Shown one piece after another: positions 11,920 to 23,458 of a DNA stretch of 64,000 nt. Positions within the stretch are counted from its first letter, which is position 1. The number at the start of each line of letters is the position of its first letter. Below the pieces are notes generated by a model. The model was not told the origin of the DNA, searched no databases, and saw only the letters and a program-made list of their open reading frames with translations. The stretch lies in assembly GCF_006345805.1 (NCBI RefSeq), contig NC_043012.1, forward strand, positions 46,624,001-46,688,000. The letters run 5' to 3'. Position numbers and translations under genes: made by a program. This stretch comes from Octopus sinensis (Eukaryota).

Positions 11920-13972
11920 CAGAATGCAACACTAGTTGGTCTGGACTGTTACAGTGAGAAGATGTGAGTTTCGGCTCCGCGAACAGAAAAAAAGAACAAA
12001 AAGAAAAATTGTCAATTATGGCTAGCTATAACGAGCAAAATACTGGCTTCTCAGCACCGTAACGGTGAATTGAGAATTTGTTTGAAAATTATTCTTGTGA
12101 ATTCTAGTGGGCGTATCTCGTCAAAAAAAAAAAGGAATAAGCCATTTGGATTACCTTTTTGGAGTATTATACAAACGATTCCCTGTCTGTGCTATTTGTG
12201 AGATTTTTCTTTTACTTTTCCCTTCTATTATTTCTTTCTTTCTAAAAATTTTTGGTTCATTCTTTTCATTACTTTAATTTCAGTTTCCTTCCCTTTCTTT
12301 ATTTTGTTTTATTTTTATTCGGTTTAAATTTTTGGCAGACTGTATTTTGAACTACTTTTGGACTGTTCTTTGACATGGCAGACAAGGAACTTAACAAGAA
12401 AAACTCTGTCTTAGAGTGGGAAATTAACCCGCCTAAACAATGGTTAAAAGATATGGAAGAGAAGACGATGGTACTTAGAACATATTCTAAAGTTCTTAAT
12501 TCCATCACCGTCTTCCCAAAACAAGTCATAAAAAATGAACTTAAAGAACATTTGTCCTCTGTAAAATATATATCCCGTGGTGTCAAACATGCAACCGTAT
12601 GGTTGCTGTTTGACAACGGGGAAAAGGCCCGCCAGTTTGCGAGTCAGCCTTTAGAAGGCAAGGAAATCCTGTATCTCCCGTCATATTGTGGAAGAAAATT
12701 AATACGAGCCTGGATATGTGGGCTCCCCCCGGGCACTGAAGCGGATTGGATTGAAGATACCATCCGACGGGGACTGGGAGATGGCGGGCCCAGGCTCTTA
12801 AATGTAAGAGTATTGCCGGCGGTCGATTGGGAAGGGTCAAAAGCGATGTTGACCCTGTGGACTCCATCGGCCGCAACAGAACTGGTTTTTCCAGATTTCT
12901 TGAAAATGGCTGGCTGCAGGTATCACGTGATACTTGTCGGACGTCCCCCAAAGTGTCACTCGTGCCTGCAGCCAGGCCATATTAAAAGGAACTGCTCCCA
13001 GGACCATGGTAAGGTCCTGGAACAGTCACCAGATGCCACCTCCCCTACCCGGTCAAAGGGAGAGGTGGATGTGGTCGAGGAGGTTTCAGCCTCCTCAACT
13101 CAAAAGGGATTAAAAAGAAAGAAGGCGGGCAACAATAGTTGCCCGCCGAAGGAACCTAAGGCTTCGGGAGGCGGGGGAGAGTCTCCGGACAAAGCGGAAG
13201 GGCTCCACTCTCCCGAAGTCAGGAAGAAAAGAATAAAAAGAAAGAAGAAGAACGAGTCATCTCAGCAGGGAGATGATGTGCCGACTGCATGTCCCGAAGT
13301 TGTGCCACCCACGGTGGAAGAAACCACTCCCACCCTTAAAGATGATCAATTAATTATCTTTTTCTACAAGGGCGGGGAGGTAGAAAAATAGTAGAAGAAC
13401 TTAAAGAAACAGTAGATATGCCCCTCACACGGGATCCCGAATGGCCTCCGCAGATAGCTGTGTAGGTCATAAGGTTTCCCTTGTGGGAAAGGCTTAAAGG
13501 ATTTGGGGAGGAGTGTCGCATATGGCCGGGTGGCCCTTATACGACTTACATGTCCTACATGAGTGAGGCATGGGAAATGGCGGGATGCAGGAACTCAAGC
13601 GGCATTGAAGATAATGATGAATATATCGATGGATGTATCGAAGAGTAGGAGGTGAAGACCCTCGTTACAGAGTTTGGAACCTCACCATATTGGACTATTT
13701 TGTAGTGGTTTATAACCTCAATTTTGTGTTTTAAGAAAGAAAAAAGAAAATATGTTAAGTAAGAGGTTTTAGTGCCTCCTCCTTGTAAAAGGTTCAAAAC
13801 CTTATATTGATTTTTTAAAAAAATAAAAGAAAATATGTTTTCGAGAAAAATCCAATCGGCGGGTGTTGGGTTTCGTCTCTCATTTATTCATTATAATTCA
13901 TTTTCATTCATTAATGTGTTTGTCCAGCCCGCAAAGTTCTTTGTACTGTCTATATGACAAATTTATGAAATA
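11920..13972 (+). mobile_element. ORF1-only non-LTR retroelement (L1/Tx1-ORF1-like, HAL1-like architecture)
   Basis: Flanked by a perfect 16-bp TSD AAGTAGCTTGCTAACC (11904-11919 and 13973-13988). It has one ORF1-like gene and ends in an AATAAA that overlaps the TSD. There is no RT or endonuclease. Confidence 0.85.
12375..13391 (+). CDS. ORF1/Gag-like nucleic-acid-binding protein (RRM-like N-terminus, CCHC zinc knuckle, basic low-complexity region), 338 aa
   Basis: CX2CX4HX4C knuckle CHSCLQPGHIKRNC at 12954-12995, preceded by VILVGRPP. Lys-rich tracts KRKK and RKKRIKRKKK. Probably once continued to 13648 through a 1-nt frameshift. Confidence 0.8.
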   Translation: MADKELNKKNSVLEWEINPPKQWLKDMEEKTMVLRTYSKVLNSITVFPKQVIKNELKEHLSSVKYISRGVKHATVWLLFDNGEKARQFASQPLEGKEILYLPSYCGRKLIRAWICGLPPGTEADWIEDTIRRGLGDGGPRLLNVRVLPAVDWEGSKAMLTLWTPSAATELVFPDFLKMAGCRYHVILVGRPPKCHSCLQPGHIKRNCSQDHGKVLEQSPDATSPTRSKGEVDVVEEVSASSTQKGLKRKKAGNNSCPPKEPKASGGGGESPDKAEGLHSPEVRKKRIKRKKKNESSQQGDDVPTACPEVVPPTVEETTPTLKDDQLIIFFYKGGEVEK

Positions 13973-14360
13973 AAGTAGCTTGCTAACCAACCACATGGTT
14001 CTGGGTTCAGTCCCACTGCGTGGCACCTTCGGCAAGTGTCTTCTACTATAGCCTCGGGCCGACCAAAGCCTTGTGAGTGGATTTGGTAGACAGAAACTGA
14101 AAGAAGCCCGTCGTATATATGTATATGTATATATATATATGTGTGTGTGTTTGTGTGTCTGTGTTTGTTCCCGCCCAACATCGCTTGACAACCGATGCTG
14201 GTGTGTTTATGTCCCTGTAACTTAGCGGTTCGGCAAAAGTGACCGATAGAATAAGTACGAGGCTTACAAAGAATATGTTCTGGGGTCGATTTGGTCGACT
14301 AAAGGTGGTGCTCCAGCATGGCCGCAGTCAAATGACTGAAACAAGTAAAAGAGTAAAGAG
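13973..14360 (+). mobile_element. SINE family A body (box B to 3' end)
   Basis: ...CCACATGGTTCTGGGTTCAGTCCCACTGCGTGGCACC... through ...GACTGAAACAAGTAAAAGAGTAAAGAG. Confidence 0.92.
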
Positions 14361-14364
14361 TTAA

Positions 14365-14411
<47 letters not shown>

Positions 14412-14665
14412 CGTGTGTGCGCGTGTGTGTGTGAATATAAGTAGAGATAGAATGATAGAGGGGGAGAGATACAGGAAGAGATAGAGAAAGATACTGAATT
14501 ACAAAGACAGAAGACACGTATAGGAGTATCGGATGGAAGTTAAAATTATATAATTCACAATAACAGCTAGAGTCCGAACTTTTGGGTGAAAAGTACACGA
14601 CTGTCAACGAAAGTTATAATTACTATTGCATATATACACTTGCGTGCGCTAGTTTACTTATATTA

Positions 14666-14720
<55 letters not shown>

Positions 14721-14803
14721 TTATATATCTATTTATTTATTTCTCTCTGTCTCTCTGTCTCTGTCTCTCTGTATATATATACATATATGTGTGTGTATAT
14801 ATA

Positions 14804-14834
<31 letters not shown>

Positions 14835-15692
14835 CATACATGTGTGTGTTCGCATAGCGACTAAAAGAGTTTGTAAGTATTTCGATCGAATGGTCCCTTT
14901 TAATAACAATGTTTTGGTGGTGGTGCTTAACCTCAACAGATACGTCAGGTTCTGTTTTTCACCAAGTCGGCAACATATCACGAATCTTCTGGAAAATATT
15001 CTTTTACGCATAGCCGTCTGCTCACAGGAATTCCAGTAGTCAGCATTAATGTAAATTTTATCATGCATAGACGTGCTCACAAAAGCTTGTGATTTGTTTC
15101 ATAAGGCCATGGACACCGTAGTAAATGTTAGTTTGAGAAGTACTTAATTTGGTGATTTCAGTGAAGCTACTCTAAACTATAAATGGTATCAGTTACTTTC
15201 AGGTTATTCTATTAGCAGTGTAAATAGGTTTAGCAATATCGGCTTCCAAGTGTGAATATAATGGCATGTTTTAATGTATCATGCTACGATAAAGATTTAA
15301 TGACTTGATCAGGAAAATTTAATAATTCCTATTGGTAAACTGTACCATCTTAGACTGCGTTAATAAATGGTTTCATATTACTACCCATTAAATTGAATCG
15401 TGTGTGCCATTGGTTTTCCTTTATGGATTTCGAAATAGAAATACAGTTCTTGTTCTTGATTATTTTTTTATTGGCTTCACTCACTGGTTAGCGTATGTGC
15501 TGTGCTAATGACTTCAAAGGTTTTATCGCATCGTATAGAACTCAATGCCTTACTATAGTCTTGTATGTATGATATACACTTCTATTTTTTTAATCCTCAC
15601 GTTATGCTGGTTTTACAAAAAAAAAAGGTTACAAGTGAAAATACTAGCTTGCAGCAGTAAATATTAACAACGATACATATATATATATATAT

Positions 15693-15776
<84 letters not shown>

Positions 15777-16157
15777 GTAGGTAAACGTTCATGTACACAC
15801 ACATACACAATTACACAGATACACATATAAATATGCCATAAATTTCGTGACTGTTTTGTCCCAAAATAAGTATTTTAAGAGAAAGTTCTCGTGCGATTTT
15901 TGAAAGGGAAATGTTGGTAATTCCAGTTGGAAAGTGTCAGTTATTGCTCTCATTCTAACGGCAAGACAACTAATATTATCAGTGGTACGACTACTTTTTC
16001 TCATTAATTTAATACGTTTTATCAAAGCTTTTAGCTCCAACAAACCGAGAAAGATAAGTCATGAAGTTATCCTTTATATTTCTGTTCAAAACGCTAAAAA
16101 TAGCTCCGAAATTACTTCAATATACATTCAACTATCATAGACAGGAAAGGAATATAT

Positions 16158-16237
16158 AGTCCTAGAGATATAAAAGACAAGTTGGTAGTCCTAGAGATAT
16201 AAAAGACAAGTTGGCAGTCCTAGAGATATAAAAGACA
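16158..16237. repeat. 29-bp tandem repeat x2.7
   Basis: Unit AGTCCTAGAGATATAAAAGACAAGTTGG(T/C). Confidence 0.95.
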
Positions 16238-16936
16238 TGTTTATTCGTATGTTTGTGCAGTCAAGGGTGACGTGGAGCTAACGAGATGTGACGCTTCATT
16301 TCAATACAAAGAAATTACATTTATCATCTGAAAAATGCAATAAAATTTAGTATACAATAAAATCAAATGTTATTCACAACATCAAGGAAACAAGAGAAAT
16401 AGCAGTGATACGACAATATCCATGACGACCCTGATGGGAAATTATGAAGCTAGAGCGAGTAAGCCTCTTCATTCTTACTTGACTTATAACACGTAGAAAA
16501 CACATCAGCTTCATATTATTCTTGGTCATTAAAAAAAAAAAAACCTGGGATGTGAGATTAATTAAGTTTGGATAAACAATCAAAACATACACAGGATTCC
16601 GTGGTTGAAATAAATTTAATCCTTGGCATGTTCGATTGAAATTATTAGGAGTTATCAATAACCATAAAATCATTAAATTGCATGCTTCTTTGAATCCTCA
16701 AATTTTCAGAAAACCTTATAAGAGTAATCTTTGCATATTGTGCACAATCGTGTCACGTTTGTCTGCCAAAGCTTGGGTTTCTTCGCATGTTTACTTCACA
16801 GCTCCGTGATGTTTTACCGTCCATCTTTCCTTCTATCTGCCTTTCTTTTCCTTTGTCCTCCCCAGAATTGAATAATATTCTTTACAAGGCATTCTTTGCT
16901 AATATCAACCTTTAATTTCACTCCTGTTAGAAGGTC

Positions 16937-16971
<35 letters not shown>

Positions 16972-18240
16972 AGAAATCAGCTATCGCGATACCTGGTGAG
17001 GAATGAGATACTTCAATATCAAAAACTTCCCTACGCATGCAATCAAACCGCGTCGAAGATCCCACGACCCGTCAAGACTTGACGGCCCAAGGCTTAGCAA
17101 GTGATTCTATCTCCTGTCCTGGCATAATGCATCTAAAATCACATTATCCATTATCTGCATGCACTAGAACTGTATACATTTGTTGGCCATTAAAATAATC
17201 CCACGAGATTGTTCATTTACAAAGTCATGTTATAGAAAAAAGGGGAACAAAGACAGAGAGAAAAGGAAAATAAATATATGGCGGTGCCCCAGCATGGCCA
17301 CAGCTCGTGAGCTGAAACTAGATAAAATAAAAATAAATATAAAAATAAATAAAATAAAATATAAAATATAAAATATAAAACTAAACAAAGAAAATAAAGG
17401 GCAAAAAAGGAAAGAAAATTCACAGTGACAACACTCTTCTCAATGCGTGTAACAATATTTTGCACCTGAAATTACTTGCAGTTTCTTTACTGATTATTTC
17501 AAGTCCTCCTACAGTCATTGCTATTGTAACCGTCTTCAGATGCTATCTTTGCTCCAACTACTGTCGGCATCTATCCACCGTTCTCTTTTGGTTTAGGTTT
17601 TCGCTTGAGTATTGATATTAGGAGAGAGGTCTGCCTGTTCAGAGTTAACTTTTTGGCAGAGCACCGTCTCTGGTTGTATGCCATTTTTGTTTTCATATCT
17701 TGAACGCCCCAAGCTCAAAGATACAAAATCGCCTTTATTTGTTTTCGAAGTTCTATTTCTGAACATATCTGGGTTTTTTATCTGTATTTAAAATGAGACG
17801 TGTTACGTGTCTCTTTTAGCTCGTTTAAACACTGTATGTTCTACGTCGTATTGTCCCTGTACGAAATGCATGGGTGTCTGTGTGAATCATATAAACATTA
17901 CATTTATGTGTATTTGTGTAGACATGAGACAGCATATACGATTATTATTTGTACTCACAGTATTTTTCTCTAGTGACATCGAATTCTCGCGTATTGTTTC
18001 AATTCTTGTATTGGCAAATCTCGTGTCCGCGTGTTGTTGTTTACATTTTCACACACTTGTCCTTCTGTGGCAACGTGCATCACAGTAACTGTAAGAGAGA
18101 AATATTTCGGGCGTCCTGAAATGACTTACATTAAGAAACAGCTTTCTTTCATATTTTTGCTGCTTTTGAAATCTTGTTTGCCGATGATGACACATTTAAT
18201 CCAACTTCGTACGGAGCTTGCTCTTACATGCCCGTCATGC

Positions 18241-18292
<52 letters not shown>

Positions 18293-18299
18293 GTTGTTG

Positions 18300-19010
18300 T
18301 TTTCTGGAGGACTTTCGGGCCGGGGTTACTGGACAATTTCCAGGAATCCCTGGTCTTGCAGGGCTACTGTGAGGAGTGGGGGTGTTCGAAAGAATCTGTA
18401 GGGGCACTGAAGTGCTGTCAAACGAAGGTTTTACGTGCAGTCTTCCAGTGGCGAGGCATTGCAGACTTGTGCAGCTTTGTCGAACATCTGTTGTCATGGA
18501 TCTGGTTTTCGGCCGAGTCCAGGATTGCCTCATCACCTTTCTTTGGCTGGGAATGGTAGGCAGTTCTCCTCTAACAGAAAAAGGTAGTGTGGTGGACGAG
18601 TTTGAATGGGTGCAAGACAGATACCTTCCTCTTCGGCCAAACCCCCGTTAACTATTACAAGTTCCATTTAAAAAGGAAAATGAGTGGAGAGGGGGAAGTG
18701 CTGCTCCTCCGTATTTTTTTGTAGAGAGGTTCATAAATGTGATTAGGTTGATTTGTATGAATGGGTCAGTTCTGGACATACATCTGTAGGTAATGAGGAG
18801 GAGAGATGAGCTTGTCTGGGGCGAACTTGGTGAGCAACCAGGATATGTGGGGTTCCTTGGTTGGCCCTGTGGGGGACATCCCGTCCCCACTTTGAATGTA
18901 CGTAGTGTTTAAATTTTGTTGATTTTGTTGTGTTTAAAAATTATACAGGTGTCTTTGTGCTAAGCTTGACTTGAGCCTTGTCTTGTATTGTCCTTTTTTG
19001 GTTTTGTGTT
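18300..19010 (-). pseudogene. GC-rich, possibly degenerate ORF1/CCHC retroelement relic
   Basis: Minus strand TGCACAAGTCTGCAATGCCTCGCCACTGGAAGACTGCACGT (about 18433-18473) gives a knuckle-like C..CNAxxHWKTAx only if two indels are assumed. It abuts (TTA)n at 18241-18291. Confidence 0.35.
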
Positions 19011-19019
19011 CGGCCACAA

Positions 19020-19150
19020 GTCTCAACTGGTACTTATTTTATCAACTCCCGAAAGGATGAGAGGAAAGTCGACCTCGGTGGAATTTGAAGTCAGAACCTA
19101 ATGAAATACCGCTAAACATTTCGCCCGGCGTGCTAACGATTCTAGGCGAC
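19020..19150 (-). mobile_element. SINE family B 5' part
   Basis: ctggtacttatttt...gtcgacctcggtggaatttgaagtcagaac...cccggcgtgctaacgattct. Confidence 0.85.
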
Positions 19151-19299
19151 TGAAAGTTTTACGATAGCAACACAAGTAGTAAGAGAAAAGACGAGGAGAA
19201 GAGGAATAGAGAGAGATAGAGAGGGGATACAGAAGGAGTGAGAGAAAGAGAGAGAGGAAACGAGGGAGAGAGGAGCTATATTGAGTTCTTTTCAATGGG

Positions 19300-20135
19300 A
19301 TTCCATTATGTTTTCAAAGAAGCGAGTGAGCTACAAAAAGGCAAAGTAGTATCGTCTGATGGTGTTACGCTACCCGATCGTGAGAAAACCAAGAATATTA
19401 AGACTAATAGATGTAAGTATCTGGGTATTTTGGAGTATGAGAAAATCAAGGAGAATGAGATGCAGGAAAGCTTTAACGGGAATGTATCGGAAGAACCAAA
19501 TTCATTATGGGAAGTAGACTCAATGGAAAGAACAAGATCAGGGCAATGAAACATATGGTCTGTTTCCATACTGTGATACAGCGCTGGTGTCATTAGATGG
19601 ACAGAGAACGAGCTTGCGGAAATGGATAGAAAAACCAGGTGATGACAATTAAGAAGGAACTGCACCCAAAAAATCGATGTTGATTGAATGCATGTACCTA
19701 GGTACAAGGGAAGAAGAGGTCTCTTAGAATGCAAGATCTTCGTTGCCAAACAGTCCTGTAAGTACATCAATTATTTGCTTGCCGCTGTTAGAAATAACAC
19801 GATACCTACCGAAAATGTGACGCACCAAAAAAACATTTAAGAAACAAGATGAATAACAAAGAATTAACAATTGGAGATCTGAGCTAAAGGCAAAGCTTTA
19901 TCTTGGCTACCCAAGATCTTGATCTGGAACTATCAAGCCATATTGATGAAAAATGGTGTAGACCCAAAGTGCCGATACTGCATCGATGGGATAGAAACAG
20001 AGTACAACCTAATCTCTGGACGTAAAGTTTTAGCCCTTGTAGAATACAGATCAAAACAGGACATAGTTGGCCAATATCTACACTGGATAATGTGTCGGCA
20101 TTATGAAATCAAAACTGCTGACAAATGCCCTAAGT
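19300..20135 (+). mobile_element. R4/Dong-like LINE remnant (RT C-terminus and zinc-knuckle region)
   Basis: KYLGILEYEKIK, YSAGVIRWTENELAEMDRKTR, HVPRYKGRRGL, and DPKCRYC..IET...LISG...EY...QDIVGQYLHW.MCRHY. Confidence 0.8.
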
Positions 20136-20399
20136 GTCAAGAAGACACTCGACAAGAAATGGAAAGAAAATTGAAAGAGGATAATGAAAGAAAAACATGT
20201 AATAGTAACAAATACACTAGTACCACCACCAACAACAATGCAATCGTAATTCCTTCGTTATTAACTGCATTAAACACTTTAATGTTAAAATACCTGGGTT
20301 GACAAGTCAAGCTTTATTAAGAACAAGAGGCGAGGAAAAGATTAATTTGAATGAATTCGTTAAAAATTTGATAATTCAGAATACATAAACAGAAAATGC

Positions 20400-21320
20400 A
20401 GAAAGCATTTAAGACAAGATATAATTAAACTTTAAAAAAAAATACGCCTTAAATGTAATCTTTCCACACACAGTTTTAAGAACTCTCTGGTCATGATTCA
20501 TTAGAATCTATGAAGAAAAATACATCCTGCCAATGTTTCTAGTTGCATGCACGAAAATCTTCATGAACATTTTGGGTATCGGACTGCGCAAAATATCTTC
20601 CCCATTATTCACCATACCTCGTAGTTGTTCATAGGCAACTACTGTTTCGACACGAGTTATCTAGCATATGAGTGTTCCACAAAATTTAAGTCCCCTCCTT
20701 TGGGCATTACAACAGGTTTCTTCCAGTTTTTGTTGCCTATTTAGATATTTTGCTTTGCTCTCCGATCATGAATGAAAATGGAGATTTTAACTCACCATCT
20801 ACCGTTACTCGTAAAGAAATTTAGCGCACCCGTAGGCGCCCGTCTGTATTGTTGCTGTTGATCACAGTTAAAAGAAATATCCAAAGTGTCTTGTTTGTCT
20901 CTCTTTCGTACTATAATAAGCTACTACGTAATTCTAATAATATCGTGTCATTAGCTTGTCGTATGTACATCGAGTCTATCTCTTACTACCTCAATCAACA
21001 CATATTGTTTTTTAACAGTGAGACGTTGTTCATTCACACAACTGCAAACTTCATGGTGTCATGTCCTTTGGTATCCTTCCTTTATCTATTAAACAACTCT
21101 CTCTGTTCTACATCGATATTGTTTCGAACTTTCCCATTCCCCACTGGTCTAACAATTTACTCCACCGAGCACCCGCCTTACGTTTTATATAGGATGTTAC
21201 TACGACGGGCAATGGCTTAGGGATTATCATTGTCAACAAATAAAGAAGTGGAAACTGCTCCAACGTTTCCGATGCTGTTATAGCAACATTTCCAGGAATG
21301 CATCGTAGCAGTTGGTTATA
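20400..21320 (-). mobile_element. very degraded Penelope-like remnant (tentative)
   Basis: Minus-strand LDISF...YRRAPTGALNF resembles YRKPT. A hammerhead-like relic CTGGAAATG...GGAAACGTTGG lies at about 21259-21296. Confidence 0.3.
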
Positions 21321-21479
21321 TTGCTTTTGTTTTTAGTCCTTCAGTTATTTAGCAACCGAGTTTTCCCTTCTTTACCATCACGCTTATTTCTCTACTGGTC
21401 TACTTTAGATATATACACCTGGATCTTCTCGAGAACCGTGGTCGTTGAAAGTATAATTTTTCATTATCTCTTCTGATAG

Positions 21480-22050
21480 CATCTGTCCATAATACAATAC
21501 AGAGATGACAATGAGCGATGGATCAATGTCGCTGTCGCTGCTTTTATTTTGTATTATGAGACAAGACTCTGCCAGTGCGTGTTGTCTTTGTCTCTCCTTG
21601 CAATTAAACGTAGTCCACAGTTTCTAAATTGAAAGAGATTCTACCATATGACCAGTTTTTTCTTTTCTGGGTGGACACAATTCTCCACTACACATTCATT
21701 AGATCCTCATTTGATCGTCCTTACAAAAAAACAAATTGCATCTACAAATGTTAGTTGAATTTCGTCCTTGCTCATTCTAGAAAACAATGTCTCTCGTGAC
21801 ACACTGCCGTTTCACCTGTTTTTATGTCAGAAGTTTCTCTGTTTCTAGAATTTCTTCATTGGATACGACATTTCCAAAGCTACATCAGCAAAGGTCTCTG
21901 TTGTCACTGCTTTCTTTGTTAATATTCGGCAAGCCTTCACATCACTCTTATTCATATCAAGATCCATAGAAACATAATTATCTTTTGACTTTAAAATGTT
22001 TGTGCTCAGTTCTACTATATTTTCTTTTTTCTTGGTATTCTGACAAACTC
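21480..22050 (-). mobile_element. degraded APE-endonuclease region of a LINE (RTE-like)
   Basis: With frameshifts, minus-strand fragments HP.K...VDYV.IARRDK...SDSDIDPSLIV resemble the TW.HP...IDY...DH motifs. Confidence 0.45.
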
Positions 22051-22261
22051 TGAAAGCTTTTATTTGGAAGTCCGTCTTTTGAACAACATTCAAAATTGGT
22101 TTTTGTTTTCTTTTTCGCTTTTTTTTCCAAATAGCCAAGGCGAGAAGAAAAAATAGCTCATTCTTTTTAAAGCCACTCGAAAGTATTGACACAGAAAATT
22201 TAACCAGCCAATATGGAAAACAAAATTATCCGGATAGGAAACCATACTGAAAGGAAAATTC

Positions 22262-22268
22262 ACTACTA

Positions 22269-22317
<49 letters not shown>

Positions 22318-22331
22318 GCTACTACTACTGA

Positions 22332-22368
<37 letters not shown>

Positions 22369-22447
22369 ATTGCTGCTGCTGCTGTTACTACTACTACTAC
22401 TATTAAAATAATAATAATAATATAATAATAATAATAATGATAATAAT
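22262..22447. repeat. (CTA)n/(CTG)n/(ATA)n compound microsatellite
   Basis: Directly visible. Confidence 0.97.
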
Positions 22448-22454
22448 TTTGTCT

Positions 22455-22615
22455 CAAGCAGGCATTTTTGAGGAAGGACATAAATCAATTTCGTCGACTC
22501 CAGTATTCCGCTGGTATTTATTTTATCGACAGCGAAAAGGTGACAAGCGAAGTCTACTTCTGTGCAATTTAAATTCAGAATATAAATTCGGAAAAAAATG
22601 CCGCCAAGCATTTTA
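22455..22615 (-). mobile_element. SINE family B, degenerate copy
   Basis: ttcgtcgactccagtattccgctggtatttattttatcgac...aattcagaa...aagcattt. Confidence 0.65.
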
Positions 22616-22862
22616 CGAGTTGATGGAGTATTTATGACAATATTAGTACATTTAATGTTGAGCCAACTATGTATTTATATATATGTATGTATTTATTGTG
22701 TATATTGTTATGGTGAGGGATGATTATTTTCTTCGGCCATTTAAGCGCACACACCATATAATGCATGTGTTTAATAGTCACAGAAAATAAATACCATTCC
22801 GAAGTATAGACATATATATTCCAACACACAGATTTCATATCAAAACAAATACATAAATGCTA

Positions 22863-22958
<96 letters not shown>

Positions 22959-23046
22959 TATATCTATATATATATTCATATGTATGTATGTGTGTGCGTG
23001 TGAGTATGTGTGTATATGTATGTATGTGTGTGTGTGTATGTATGTA

Positions 23047-23458
23047 ATGAGGTGGTATGAAATATTTCCCGGGCTAGTTACGTTAAAAAAATACCTTATT
23101 TGCCTAAGTTTTAACATCACTTCCTTCGAAATATTCATCTTGCGCAGAAATACATCGGTCTCAGTGTTCTTGCGATTCTTGGAATCCAGGACTGGAAACC
23201 ATTTCCGTGAGCGATTCGAGGACCTACTGCGATTCGCTTTGGGTCTCTGCATTGGTGTTAAAACACCAACCACTGAGCTGCATTTTCATCTTAGGGAAGC
23301 GATGGCCGTCCGCAGGAGCTAAATCTGGCGAATAGGGCAGGTGCAGTAATGATACCATGTTGTCTTTGGTGAGTCAGTAAAGCTCAGTGACAGGGTGCGC
23401 TGCCATCGTGAAGAATCCAATTCTGAGTTCCACAGTTCCGGTCGCTTTCGCTGAATGC
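23047..23458 (-). mobile_element. mariner transposase relic (3' part)
   Basis: The minus strand encodes PYSPDLAP (23314-23337), then FPKMK. TIR-like ATGAGGTGGTATGAAATATTTCCCGG at about 23047. Confidence 0.85.

Noticed and set aside
11881-14030. tRNA gene with a large intron
   Set aside because: Boxes A and B belong to a SINE head that continues into the SINE body. The interruption has a TSD, so it is an insertion.
16158-16237. 29-bp repeats as a CRISPR-like array
   Set aside because: They are contiguous tandem units with no spacers, in eukaryotic DNA with no cas genes.
17593-17781. Minus-strand acceptor followed by 62 open codons (IKNPDMFRNR...)
   Set aside because: No recognisable homology or partner exons. 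It is within chance expectation.
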